The notes under the pieces: model-generated
What the model was told of the DNA's origin: nothing
Seen by the model: the letters and a program-made list of their open reading frames with translations, nothing else
Databases searched by the model: none
Shown: in pieces, positions 26,287 to 35,581 of the stretch
Layout of the letters: each line of letters starts with the position of its first letter
Numbering within the stretch: position 1 is the stretch's first letter
Origin: Patescibacteria group bacterium
GTDB lineage: Bacteria; Patescibacteriota; Saccharimonadia; UBA4664; SCTI01
Assembly (NCBI GenBank): GCA_004297735.1
Contig: SCTI01000002.1
Coordinates: 160-64,159 of the forward strand
DNA: 64,000 bases
Reading direction: 5' to 3'
Program-made: the position numbers and the translations under genes

Positions 26287-27822
26287 TTAGCTTTGTCGCT
26301 TCAAGCGTTTTGTTAGCCAATCGCGATCAAGACTGGCCAAGAACCAGCCCGCCTTTGGACCGTATAGCTTACCCAGGATGACTTGATAAAGCGCCTGGAA
26401 GGCTTCTTTGGGTTGGAGCTCGGCCTCATCTTTGGCGGCATAAATCAGCTGGTGCATGGTTTGGCCATCAATATCGCCAGAATGATCTTCAATTTTAGTA
26501 GCAAGTAGGTCGAGGAACTTCTGCTGGGCGGCGCTAAGGTCGGCTTGAGGAAGCTCTTTTTGAACCTGGAATTTTACTTCATCCGGAGCGTATTTTTCGA
26601 GCCAGTTTTTGACAAAGGTGAGTTCGGCAATAATGATATCGCGCTCGTTTTCAACCTCGTCTTTGTAATCGGTGCGGCGGAGTACTTCGAGCGTTTGCCC
26701 CTCGTCTCCCTGGGCGGCCTGATACACCTGAACCAGGTGCTTAAACGGTACGCTGGAAATCACGCGTTTGGTGTCACCGGCCACCGCAAAGTTGTAGGCA
26801 TCACGAAACTCATGATCCGGATCATCCTGAACGGCAGCAAACTCATCGATTAAGTTATAGAGGCCTTGACCGGGATCAAAGATCAGCTTTCGCTCGGGGC
26901 GGCTGCGAACAATAAAGTAACGCAGGATTTCAGCCGGCATAATTTTGAGAGCTTCTTCAGGGGTAACTCCATTACCCTTTGATGAGCTCATCTTGATATT
27001 TTCGCCAGGACGATGAATGTGACCGTAGCGCGCCGCATCGTACGGCGGCTCGATGCCAAAAATATCGCGAGCAAAATCTACGCCGGTGTCGTACGAGCTA
27101 CCGGAGGCGCCATGCTCTTGGGCGCCAAATGGCTCAACCTGCACGCCTAGCAGAGCCCAGCGCGCCGGCCAGTCGAGACGCCAATCGAGCTTTACTCGTC
27201 CATCATTAAATGGCGTATCGTTAATGGTTTCTTTATCTTTATTGAAAGTATTGAGCTCTCCCTTGGCAAACCGGTTGTCTTCCTGTAACACCGTTACCGG
27301 AGTCCAGTCGGCCGGTAGTTCACGGTTTGATTTTGCTTTAAAGATTTCGCGAATGCGATCAACTTTTGAAAGTGCCTGAGTAATGTACGGAGCCATCTTG
27401 CCAGGCTGATACAGGTCACGGTAGCTTCGAATAATCTCCGGCTTGATTCCCATTGGCTCAAGATGCTGCTCAAACTCAGCAAAAAAGTGGTCGGCATAGG
27501 ATCCGTACTTTGAATCGGTTGGGTTTGGCACCAAACTAATTGGCCAACCCACATACTGCTCAAACTCCTTTGGTAAAAAGTCATAGCGTTTACGTAATGG
27601 GTCAAAGTCGTCCACCACGTGAAGATGGCGAGCCTGGCGACCACGCTGGCGCACCGCCCAGGTTAAGGCCTCGGCGGTCATAATCTCACGGAAATGCCCA
27701 ATGTGGTATGAGGCCGATGGCGAAATGCCGCTCGACACGATAATCTCGCCGTCTGGGTAGCGGCGGATAATCTCGTCGGCGGCTAGGTCGAGCCAAAAAT
27801 TGCTGGTTTTGGTTTCGCTCAT
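26287..27822 (-). CDS. lysK: Lysine--tRNA ligase, class I type
   Basis: 511 aa with a HIGH-type motif SYHIGHFRE and KMSSSKG. This is the class I (archaeal-type) LysRS pattern rather than class II LysS. Confidence 0.85.
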   Translation of the reverse strand: MSETKTSNFWLDLAADEIIRRYPDGEIIVSSGISPSASYHIGHFREIMTAEALTWAVRQRGRQARHLHVVDDFDPLRKRYDFLPKEFEQYVGWPISLVPNPTDSKYGSYADHFFAEFEQHLEPMGIKPEIIRSYRDLYQPGKMAPYITQALSKVDRIREIFKAKSNRELPADWTPVTVLQEDNRFAKGELNTFNKDKETINDTPFNDGRVKLDWRLDWPARWALLGVQVEPFGAQEHGASGSSYDTGVDFARDIFGIEPPYDAARYGHIHRPGENIKMSSSKGNGVTPEEALKIMPAEILRYFIVRSRPERKLIFDPGQGLYNLIDEFAAVQDDPDHEFRDAYNFAVAGDTKRVISSVPFKHLVQVYQAAQGDEGQTLEVLRRTDYKDEVENERDIIIAELTFVKNWLEKYAPDEVKFQVQKELPQADLSAAQQKFLDLLATKIEDHSGDIDGQTMHQLIYAAKDEAELQPKEAFQALYQVILGKLYGPKAGWFLASLDRDWLTKRLKRQS

Positions 27823-27906
27823 ATGATGTGATTTTACCTTAGTTATTGCTTTCTATAAACCAAAATGAGCCCGAGTGGGCTCATTTACCGGTGATCAAAG
27901 TCTATT

Positions 27907-28383
27907 TTATTCGATATGCTTGATCTTGTAGGTCATAGTGCCCGAAGGAACCGAAATCTCAACCTCTTCACCCTTGCCCTTGCCCATAAGCGCCTGGCCG
28001 ATTGGTGACTCATTCGAAATCTTACCGAGCTCCGGATTGGCCTCGGTGGAGCCAACGATGGTGTACTTCTGTTCACCATCTTCAAGCTCCAAGTGTACGG
28101 TCGAGCCAATATCAACCTTGTCGGTCTTTTTGGGAGCCTTAATGATTACCACGTTGCGCAAAATCTGCTCAACCTCGGCAATGCGCCCTTCCACAAATGA
28201 CTGGTGCTCTTTGGCAGCATCCCAAGAAGCGTTTTCGCTAAGGTCACCAAACTCCTTGGCCTCCTTCAGCTCCTTAGCAATCTGGGGACGCTGATTTTTG
28301 GTCAAATCCTCCAGCTCGGCCTTGAGCTTTTCAACGCCTTCCTTGGTTAGGTAAAACTCTTTTTTAGTTGTAGGTGCACTCAT
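27907..28383 (-). CDS. greA: Transcription elongation factor GreA
   Basis: 158 aa. The coiled-coil N-terminus contains FGDLSENASWDAAKE. Confidence 0.92.
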   Translation of the reverse strand: MSAPTTKKEFYLTKEGVEKLKAELEDLTKNQRPQIAKELKEAKEFGDLSENASWDAAKEHQSFVEGRIAEVEQILRNVVIIKAPKKTDKVDIGSTVHLELEDGEQKYTIVGSTEANPELGKISNESPIGQALMGKGKGEEVEISVPSGTMTYKIKHIE

Positions 28384-28431
28384 GTGTGCCTCCTTTCTTG
28401 TTCCCTCATTTTTTGCTTGGCATAAAAACGC

Positions 28432-28493
28432 CCGAGGAAAAACCTCGGTGCCAGGCAGAGTCTATAAGCTTAAAAGTAAGTGCGGACACTTAC
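28432..28493 (-). promoter_or_regulatory. Two terminator-like hairpins inside the greA leader
   Basis: Minus strand: GTAAGTG-tccg-CACTTAC followed by TTTT (28493-28476), then CCGAGG-ttttt-CCTCGG followed by GCGTTTTT (28448-28432). A candidate promoter, TTGACC-17 nt-GACAAT, lies upstream. Confidence 0.5.
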
Positions 28494-28629
28494 GATGTAA
28501 TGTATTGTCCCGCAGCCAACGCCTAAGGTCAAGCGTTACTCTTGTTAATGTGGTTTAAAAGCAGTATTTGGGCTTAACAAAGGTAAAGTTTTTAAATACA
28601 AGCGTTGTTATTGACTGACATTAGCGTCT

Positions 28630-30681
28630 TTATTTAACGCAGCCGCCAGGCCGCTTAAAGCACCACGCTAGCGTTTCGCGAGTGGCCGGAGCAGCATATT
28701 GAGCGCCTTCACCCGAGTTTTCAACCAAGATAACTGTGACGATTTGCGGATCATCATACGGGGCGAAAGCGGTGAACCAGGCATGTGGCTTGCGCTTACC
28801 ATTGGGATCGGTCTCGGCGGTACCGGTTTTACCGGCAACCGGTACCGGTACCTCTCGCTCCATCTGGCAGCAGGCGGTACCGTAGGATTCAGATACCACC
28901 TTGCGCATGGCTTGGCGAATGAGCTGAATATTGGCCGGGCTAATAAAGTTTTGGCGGACAACTTCGGTGCTGCTAGCGCGGATGGTGCGACCACCGGCAT
29001 CTTGGACCTCTTTTAAAATATGCGGCTTCAACACATTGCCGCCGTTAGCCACCGCCGCCGTAGCCACCGCCATTTGCAAGGGTGAGGCGCGGAGGTCACC
29101 CTGCCCAACCGAAATGTTGTAGGTGTCTCCCAGGTACCACCCCTCACCACTAGCCTTCTTTTTACTGGCCGGAGTTGGTACTAGGCCGGCGGTTTCACCC
29201 GGCAGGTCAACTCCGGTCTTAGCCCCTAGGCCAAACTTGTTATAGTAAGCCGTCAACCGATCAACCCCTAAGCCGGCAATATTACCAAAACCACCACCAA
29301 CGGTATAAAAGAAGACGTTTGAGCTAACCGCAATCGCTCGTGAAATGTTAACCACTCCCAAGCCACCCTCTTCGTACGAACGAAAGGTGTACTTGGTGTT
29401 GGGGTCATACCGGTTAGGCACCTCCAGCGAACCGGTATCGTTCACGGTGGTAGATGGAGAAATAACTCCTTCTTGCAAGCCGGCTGAGCCGATTAACGGC
29501 TTGATGATCGAGCCAACCGGGTAGGCTCCGCCCATCGCCTTGTTAAACAGCGGTTGCGCCGAGTCATTAAGCAGCCGGCTGTAATCACTCTGACCAATAC
29601 CCTTAGCAAACAGGTTGTTGTCGTAGCTAGGCAGGTTGACCGCCGCCAATATCTCGCCGGTTTTTGGGTTGAGCGCAATCCCGCTAGCACGCGGACTGCC
29701 GCTAGCCTGCATCTGCTTTTTTATCGCTTCGGTCATCTGCTGTTGTAGCTCGGTGTCGATGGTTAGAACTAGGTTAGAGCCAGGCACCGACGGCTGCGAA
29801 CTAAGCAGCTTGATTGGCCGACCCGACGCGTCGACCTCGGTCTGCTCGCGTCCGTTTTGGCCGCGTAGCTCCTTTTCGTACTGCAGCTCCACCCCTAGTT
29901 TACCGGCATAATCGGTTGGGGCGTAATCGGGGTTGCGAATTAAGTCCTGTTCGCTAACTCTACCGGTATAGCCCAATATCGCCGAGAGCAAGGTTTGGTC
30001 GCGGTAGTCTCGGATCGGGTTTACATCTAAACTAAATCCCGGTGTGGTGGCCGACAGCTGATCAAAGTCGAGGGCGGTCTCGCGCGGCACATTATCGGCA
30101 ACCAGTCGCGGCTGTGTGGCCGCCAAACAGTCAAATTCGGCCCTAAACTGTGGCGTACCAGCTTTAAGCGCTTGATCTATACAGGAGCGTTCAACGCGTT
30201 GCTCAATCTCTTGCCCACTTACCCCCAGAGAAGCGCCAACGGTAGCGTAAATCTGACGACGGTGATTGATGTCACGCGGCAGCAAGCTGGGTATTACCGT
30301 AACATCAAAGCTAGCCAGGTTCTGGGCCAAGGTCACCTTGTTGCGATCGTAAATAACCCCTCTTGGCGCCCTAGTTACCTTTTGGCGCAGGCGGTTTCCG
30401 TCGGCGAGCCCAAGATTACGGTCGCCATCAATAATCTGCAAGCGAAACATTTGAATCGCTAGTACCGCCATCACCAAAAAAACCGCCCCCACAATAATAA
30501 TCAAGCGGCGTCGGCTGGTAGGAGTTTCGATCACTCCCGCCTCGGCGTCGGCTGGCAGAATGGCCTCAATCCATCTTTCGTTACCACCCTGATCACGCTT
30601 AATCACTGGATCGCCCTTATGGGGTGACTGCTCGCCACCAAAACCGAATATAGGCTCTTTGGCTTTACGGCTCACAGCCAA
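28630..30681 (-). CDS. mrdA: Penicillin-binding protein 2 (elongasome transpeptidase)
   Basis: 683 aa with an N-terminal TM, SxxK (GSIIKP), SSN (VSSNVFF) and KTG (AGKTGTAE). Adjacent to mreD. Confidence 0.88.
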   Translation of the reverse strand: MAVSRKAKEPIFGFGGEQSPHKGDPVIKRDQGGNERWIEAILPADAEAGVIETPTSRRRLIIIVGAVFLVMAVLAIQMFRLQIIDGDRNLGLADGNRLRQKVTRAPRGVIYDRNKVTLAQNLASFDVTVIPSLLPRDINHRRQIYATVGASLGVSGQEIEQRVERSCIDQALKAGTPQFRAEFDCLAATQPRLVADNVPRETALDFDQLSATTPGFSLDVNPIRDYRDQTLLSAILGYTGRVSEQDLIRNPDYAPTDYAGKLGVELQYEKELRGQNGREQTEVDASGRPIKLLSSQPSVPGSNLVLTIDTELQQQMTEAIKKQMQASGSPRASGIALNPKTGEILAAVNLPSYDNNLFAKGIGQSDYSRLLNDSAQPLFNKAMGGAYPVGSIIKPLIGSAGLQEGVISPSTTVNDTGSLEVPNRYDPNTKYTFRSYEEGGLGVVNISRAIAVSSNVFFYTVGGGFGNIAGLGVDRLTAYYNKFGLGAKTGVDLPGETAGLVPTPASKKKASGEGWYLGDTYNISVGQGDLRASPLQMAVATAAVANGGNVLKPHILKEVQDAGGRTIRASSTEVVRQNFISPANIQLIRQAMRKVVSESYGTACCQMEREVPVPVAGKTGTAETDPNGKRKPHAWFTAFAPYDDPQIVTVILVENSGEGAQYAAPATRETLAWCFKRPGGCVK

Positions 30682-31193
30682 GATCCTCGACGAAGCTCGC
30701 TGGTAATCCGCGCGCGCCGGTCGCGAGTAAGTTCGCGCACCGCAAACAAAACTCCGACCACAATCACATTAAAAATCGCTTCGATTCCGGTTCGCTGAAC
30801 CACTACCGCCCAGTCGATGCCGGCGGTAGAACCAACCACTCCCAGTACAATAAATAGATTGGCGACTATTGTACTAATCACCACCACCGCGGCCGCTAAC
30901 GAAAACGACTCGGCGTACAAACCAAACTGACGGGCCGAGATTATAGCGAGCGTTACCACCGTAAAGAAAGCTGTACGCAAGCCAAAATCACTGCCGCTGG
31001 CTAAATCAAGCAGTAAGCCACATAGCACGGCGCTAGCTACCGCCGTAGTGGCCCTAGCCCACAGTGCCGTCACCACCACCACCGCCAGCACCACATTAGG
31101 CATAACTCCCAGCGGTCGAACATGGCTAAACCAAGATAGCTGCAACCAGACCGCCGCCAAAAGTGCTCCAACCTGCATAACAATTGCTAGCAT
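30672..31193 (-). CDS. mreD: Rod shape-determining protein MreD
   Basis: 173-aa polytopic membrane ORF between mreC and mrdA. Confidence 0.7.
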   Translation of the reverse strand: MLAIVMQVGALLAAVWLQLSWFSHVRPLGVMPNVVLAVVVVTALWARATTAVASAVLCGLLLDLASGSDFGLRTAFFTVVTLAIISARQFGLYAESFSLAAAVVVISTIVANLFIVLGVVGSTAGIDWAVVVQRTGIEAIFNVIVVGVLFAVRELTRDRRARITSELRRGSWL

Positions 31194-31212
31194 ATCTTAC
31201 CTCCGCTCCAAG

Positions 31213-32019
31213 TTACGGCTGCGAAACCACATAAACCACCTCTAAGCGATTAAAGGCCACTCCCGAGGTTACCTGAGCCACCTGGAACACCCCGTTGTCG
31301 CGGCGTTCAACCGTCTGCACCTTGCCAATAATCAAGCCCTTAGGTATCTCGCTGCCGGTACCGGCGGTCACCACCGTATCGCCAGGCGAAACCGTTTCGG
31401 TTTGAGCAATCTTGTCCATAACCAAACCGCCACCAATCTGGCCGTAAATGGTACCGGTTGGTCGATTTGGCGCGTCCTGGTCGAGGGCGGTCACTCGAAA
31501 AGTCGGGTCAATCACCAAAAAGACCTTGGCGGTGGTAGGCGTAACTTCTTGCACCGTACCAACCAGGGCTCCCTGACTAATCACCGCCATCCCCGACCTT
31601 ACCCCATCGGTGCTGCCGCGTCCGATAGTAATAAACTGGCGAAAATTATCCGGTTGATACCCTATCACTTCGGCCCCAATTAGCTTGTCGGGTCGAACGC
31701 CACCCAGATTAAGCTGCTTGCGTAGCTCGTCGTTTTGCGCCGCAACCTCAACCTCTTGGCTCAACCGCTGCTTTAAATCGGCCACCTCACTACGAAGCTG
31801 CTGGTTTTCCTTAGCCAAGCCTCCAATCGAGGTTGCGGCGGTTAGCCAGCCGGAGGTTGACGCGCTCATCTTGCTCAAAATGCCGGCAAATGGAGCGCCA
31901 ATGGTTGCCACGCCGCTCTGAACCGGACGCAACAGACCGGCCGAACCAAGCGCTACCAGCAACAAGCCAATTGCCATCAGGCCTAAAATCTTTCGCTGTA
32001 CGCTACGCCCTCGCTTCAT
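31213..32019 (-). CDS. mreC: Rod shape-determining protein MreC
   Basis: 268 aa with TM, coiled coil (ENQQLRSEVADLKQRL) and beta-barrel repeats. Confidence 0.85.
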   Translation of the reverse strand: MKRGRSVQRKILGLMAIGLLLVALGSAGLLRPVQSGVATIGAPFAGILSKMSASTSGWLTAATSIGGLAKENQQLRSEVADLKQRLSQEVEVAAQNDELRKQLNLGGVRPDKLIGAEVIGYQPDNFRQFITIGRGSTDGVRSGMAVISQGALVGTVQEVTPTTAKVFLVIDPTFRVTALDQDAPNRPTGTIYGQIGGGLVMDKIAQTETVSPGDTVVTAGTGSEIPKGLIIGKVQTVERRDNGVFQVAQVTSGVAFNRLEVVYVVSQP

Positions 32020-32031
32020 ATCATTCCCGCC

Positions 32032-33072
32032 CTACTTAAACTGGGTTGGCACCAAGATATCCTTGAGCGTATCGATATCCTCTAGCACCAGACCGGTCCC
32101 CCGCGCCACCGCCGTTAGCGGGTCATCGGCCACGTGTACCGGCATCTTAGTTTGCTGCATCAGTAGAGCATCCAGGCCTTTAAGTAAGGCGCCGCCGCCC
32201 GCCAAAACAATGCCACGCTCCAAAATGTCCGCCACCAGCTCTGGCGGAGTCTCCTCGATCGTGATCTTAACCGCCTCAACAATCTCGCGAACACTCTTAG
32301 CTAGCGCCTTCCGAATCTGCTCATTGGTTACCTGAACCTCTTTTGGCAAACCGGTCACCAAATCACGCCCCCGCATCGGCATCGACTTAGGCTTGTCTAG
32401 CTGGTGAGCCGCTCCGACCGTTACCTTAATCTGCTCAGCGGTCCGCTCACCAATAGTCAGGTTGAACTCATCGCGAGCAAACTGGATAATGTCTTCGCTT
32501 AGTTCGTCACCGGCAACCCGGATACTGCGGCTGGCCACAATCCCACCCAGCGAAATCACCGCGACCTCGGTGGTACCACCGCCAATATCGACAATCATTG
32601 AACCGGCTGGATCCTGAATTGGCAGTCGACAGCCGATCGCCGCGGCCATTGGCTCTTCGATGAGGAAGGTCTGGCGGGCGCCGGCGTTGGTGGCGGCGTC
32701 TTCCACCGCGCGCTTTTCCACCTCGGTTACGCCGCTGGGGATGCCAACCACCACCCTTGGTCTGGCCAGCAAGTTCCAGCGCTGGGGATGCACCTTGTCG
32801 ATAAAGTAGCGCAACATCTGCTCGGTAACCTCAAAGTCGCTGACAACACCGTCTACTAGTGGTCGGGTCGCCACAATACTGCTGGGAGTACGCCCAACCA
32901 TCTTTTTAGCCTCGTCACCAATGGCTAATACCTGGTTGGTTTTGGTGTTAATTGCCACCACGCTTGGTTCGTTGATCACAATCCCACGGCCGCGCACATA
33001 CACCAGGGTGTTAGCGGTCCCTAGATCGATCCCAATATCGTGCGAAAATCTTCCGAGTAGTCGGTCAAACAA
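32032..33072 (-). CDS. mreB: Rod shape-determining actin homolog MreB
   Basis: 346 aa with DIGIDLGTANTLVY and DIGGGTTEVAV. The apparent start codon is TTG. Confidence 0.95.
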   Translation of the reverse strand: MFDRLLGRFSHDIGIDLGTANTLVYVRGRGIVINEPSVVAINTKTNQVLAIGDEAKKMVGRTPSSIVATRPLVDGVVSDFEVTEQMLRYFIDKVHPQRWNLLARPRVVVGIPSGVTEVEKRAVEDAATNAGARQTFLIEEPMAAAIGCRLPIQDPAGSMIVDIGGGTTEVAVISLGGIVASRSIRVAGDELSEDIIQFARDEFNLTIGERTAEQIKVTVGAAHQLDKPKSMPMRGRDLVTGLPKEVQVTNEQIRKALAKSVREIVEAVKITIEETPPELVADILERGIVLAGGGALLKGLDALLMQQTKMPVHVADDPLTAVARGTGLVLEDIDTLKDILVPTQFK

Positions 33073-33256
33073 TGTCTATACCAGCGTTACCATCTTGAGT
33101 TAGTTTAACAGGTTTGAGGGGTTTGAGGCTAGGGGTGACTTAGGGCGGCTTCACCTCCATGTGCTGTTTTGTAAAATGGGCTGTTTAAAGATTTTTAAAC
33201 GAGAGCAGCCGCGCGCTACCTGAGAATATTCCTTTAAAAAGTAAATTTTGGCCCTC

Positions 33257-33297
33257 ACACCTGTTAAAAGATCCTTAAACAGGTGTTTTGCTATAAT
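33257..33297 (+). promoter_or_regulatory. Extended -10 promoter overlapped by a 9-bp perfect inverted repeat (candidate operator)
   Basis: ACACCTGTT (33257-33265) and AACAGGTGT (33278-33286) with a 12-nt spacer, then TGCTATAAT (33289-33297). Confidence 0.55.
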
Positions 33298-33339
33298 TAG
33301 AGCTAAGAGCTCTTCACATCTGACCGAAAGAAGTCGCAC

Positions 33340-33510
33340 ATGGCCATTAAACACGACTGCACTTACGAGGAGTTCGAACCCCCCGAAATTCGTCGCGTCC
33401 GCGAGCGCCTCCAGGAGCAGCTGGCCAGACAAGGCATCGCCCTCCGAGGTCGACCTCCTGTCTGGGTTGTCGGCGCCAGCATCAAGCCTGTTTCAACCAG
33501 AACCAAGTAG
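33340..33510 (+). CDS. GC-rich small protein, 56 aa (not in the supplied ORF track)
   Basis: ATG at 33340. MAIKHDCTYEEFEPPEIRRVRERLQEQLARQGIALRGRPPVWVVGASIKPVSTRTK. About two thirds of third positions are G/C. It is bracketed by the promoter above and the terminator below. The RBS is weak (GAAAGAAG). Confidence 0.45.
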   Translation: MAIKHDCTYEEFEPPEIRRVRERLQEQLARQGIALRGRPPVWVVGASIKPVSTRTK

Positions 33511-33517
33511 CTCAACG

Positions 33518-33557
33518 GGCCCGGGTGGAATGTTCCTACCCGGGCCGCAGTGTTTTT
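33518..33557 (+). terminator. Intrinsic terminator
   Basis: GGCCCGGGT-loop-ACCCGGGCC followed by GCAGTGTTTTTT. Confidence 0.7.
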
Positions 33558-33575
33558 TATTGAGTAATAATTAGA

Positions 33576-34823
33576 TTATTTGAAAAGTTTGAGAGCTTCG
33601 GCGTGCGAGACAAGCTTTGACTCCGCTTCGTTACGACGTTTTACTTCGACACTGTTTTCTTTGAGCGTCTTAGGGCTAACCGTTAATCGGACCGGCATAC
33701 CCATCAGGTCGGCGTCGGCGAACTTGGCGCCAGCTGGAATGTCACGGTCGTCGTAAATTGTTTCAATACCCTGCGCTTTAAGGTCAGCGTAGAGCTTGTC
33801 GGCGGCCTTGACGACGTCTTCATCCTCACCGATTCGAACAATGTGAGCCTTTGCCGGCGCAATCTCTTCTGGCCAAATCATGCCTTTATCGTCGTGGAAC
33901 AGCTCAATCAGTACGCCCATAACGCGCGCCGGGCCAATACCGTAAGAACCCATGATGACCGGCTTAACCGAGCCATCCTCATCGGTAAACTTGAGACCGA
34001 GTGGGTCGGAGAACTTGGTACCGAGCGTAAAAATGTTACCAACCTCGGAGGCGTTAACCTTTTCGAGCTTGTTTTTATCGAGGCCAAGATCGTTAAGGAC
34101 CTCATCGGTGTAAACCTCTTCGTTGACGGCCAGCTTCTTGTCGCGATCTAGGTAAATAACATCCTCTCCGGCCTCAATTATGGCCTGGAACTCATGCGAG
34201 TACTTGCTAAAACTGCCGCCGCTGGCAAAAGTAATAAAGGTGTGGTCACCGATTCCAAGGCGCTGAAATACTTTGGTGTAAACCTCTTTCATTTTTTCGT
34301 AATACTCATCATGCTGCTTTTGGTCGCGGCTAAAGGAATAGAGGTCCTTCATAATAAACTCGCGCGTACGCATGATGCCGCTCTTGGCCCTAACCTCATT
34401 GCGGAACTTGGCCTGGAACTGGTAAACATACTGCGGCAGATCACGGTAGCTGCTAATGTTTTCAGCCATTAGCTCGGTTAGCGGCTCTTCGTGAGTAAAA
34501 CCAAGACCCAGCTCGGTGTCGTTGTGCAACTTGGTGCGGAACCAAACGTCGACCTGCTTATCGTCCCAACGGTTGGTTTTTTGCCACAGTTCGGGCGGCT
34601 GCAGCGCGGTCATGGTTAGTTCCTGGCCGCCGGCTGCATTCATCTCTTCGCGGATGATGCCAATAATGCTGTTGAGCGTCTTGAGGCCCAGCGGCAGCAT
34701 AACGTAAGCACCGGCCATCTGCTTATGAACAAAGCCCGCTCGCAGCAGTAGCTGAGCGCTAATTGCCTCCTCATCCCTGGGAGCTTCACGTCTAGTCTTG
34801 GTAAAAAGTTGAGATAGTTTCAT
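33576..34823 (-). CDS. proS: Proline--tRNA ligase (short form without insertion/editing domain)
   Basis: 415 aa with class II core motifs (FRNEVRAKSGIMRTREF, GSYGIGPAR) and a C-terminal anticodon-binding domain. Confidence 0.88.
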   Translation of the reverse strand: MKLSQLFTKTRREAPRDEEAISAQLLLRAGFVHKQMAGAYVMLPLGLKTLNSIIGIIREEMNAAGGQELTMTALQPPELWQKTNRWDDKQVDVWFRTKLHNDTELGLGFTHEEPLTELMAENISSYRDLPQYVYQFQAKFRNEVRAKSGIMRTREFIMKDLYSFSRDQKQHDEYYEKMKEVYTKVFQRLGIGDHTFITFASGGSFSKYSHEFQAIIEAGEDVIYLDRDKKLAVNEEVYTDEVLNDLGLDKNKLEKVNASEVGNIFTLGTKFSDPLGLKFTDEDGSVKPVIMGSYGIGPARVMGVLIELFHDDKGMIWPEEIAPAKAHIVRIGEDEDVVKAADKLYADLKAQGIETIYDDRDIPAGAKFADADLMGMPVRLTVSPKTLKENSVEVKRRNEAESKLVSHAEALKLFK

Positions 34824-34825
34824 GT

Positions 34826-35581
34826 TTAGCTTTGGCTGATTGCAATAAAAGCAATGTAGTTATTAAAGGCGTGCAGTGCGATTCCTGGGATGATCGACCC
34901 AAGCCGTACGTACAAGAAACATAGTACCAGACCAATCACGAAGGTGTATACAATCACATTGGGCTGAACGTGAGCCAAGCCAAACAAAAAGCTCGATATG
35001 GCCGCCCCGGCGATTAAGCCAAATCGCTTTGATAGGGCTGGAAAGACAAAGCCACGAAACACCGTTTCTTCGACAAAAGCCGGTAGAACAACCAAGACCA
35101 CCGGCAGCCACCCTCTCAAGCTGGTTGCCAAGCCATCAAAATCGTTGGTCTGCGGCTCATCTGGATTAAAACCGGGAACCAGCAGTTGCACAACGACGTA
35201 CAGTATTTGCACCACTAAAATAAAGGCGATGAATAATCCGCCAATATACAGCAGCGCCTTCCACCAGCTAAACCCGCGAAAGCCAAGGTCGCGCCAGTTT
35301 GCACCGGTTCGATGTAAAAGGTAACCAATAATCGCTAACGACCCAATGGCATCAACGATAGCAAAGATTAAGTTCGCCTCCGGCTTATTGGAGTTAATTA
35401 GCTCATTAAATGGCTGGAAAACAGGGAACAACCCGGCTGCAACGGCGAACCATACATAAAAAGCAAATGGCAGAACCACCCAAGCGCCAGCAAACAAAGC
35501 CAAGGCATGTCGGGCGCTCCATGGCACCGAGCGTAAACGCTGAGCGGTGCTAGTACTAGTTGAGGCGCTGGATGTCGACAA
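34826..35581 (-). CDS. CPBP (CAAX) family intramembrane metalloprotease
   Basis: EETVFRGF, FGLAH and HAFNN motifs in a polytopic membrane protein. Confidence 0.8.
   Translation of the reverse strand: MSTSSASTSTSTAQRLRSVPWSARHALALFAGAWVVLPFAFYVWFAVAAGLFPVFQPFNELINSNKPEANLIFAIVDAIGSLAIIGYLLHRTGANWRDLGFRGFSWWKALLYIGGLFIAFILVVQILYVVVQLLVPGFNPDEPQTNDFDGLATSLRGWLPVVLVVLPAFVEETVFRGFVFPALSKRFGLIAGAAISSFLFGLAHVQPNVIVYTFVIGLVLCFLYVRLGSIIPGIALHAFNNYIAFIAISQS

Noticed and set aside
33151-33574. Track ORFs 33248..33574 (plus strand, 108 aa) and 33151..33432 (minus strand, 93 aa)
   Set aside because: The plus-strand ORF starts upstream of the only recognisable promoter and runs through the terminator hairpin. 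The minus-strand ORF runs antisense through the same signals. The 56-aa frame at 33340..33510 fits the promoter and terminator better.
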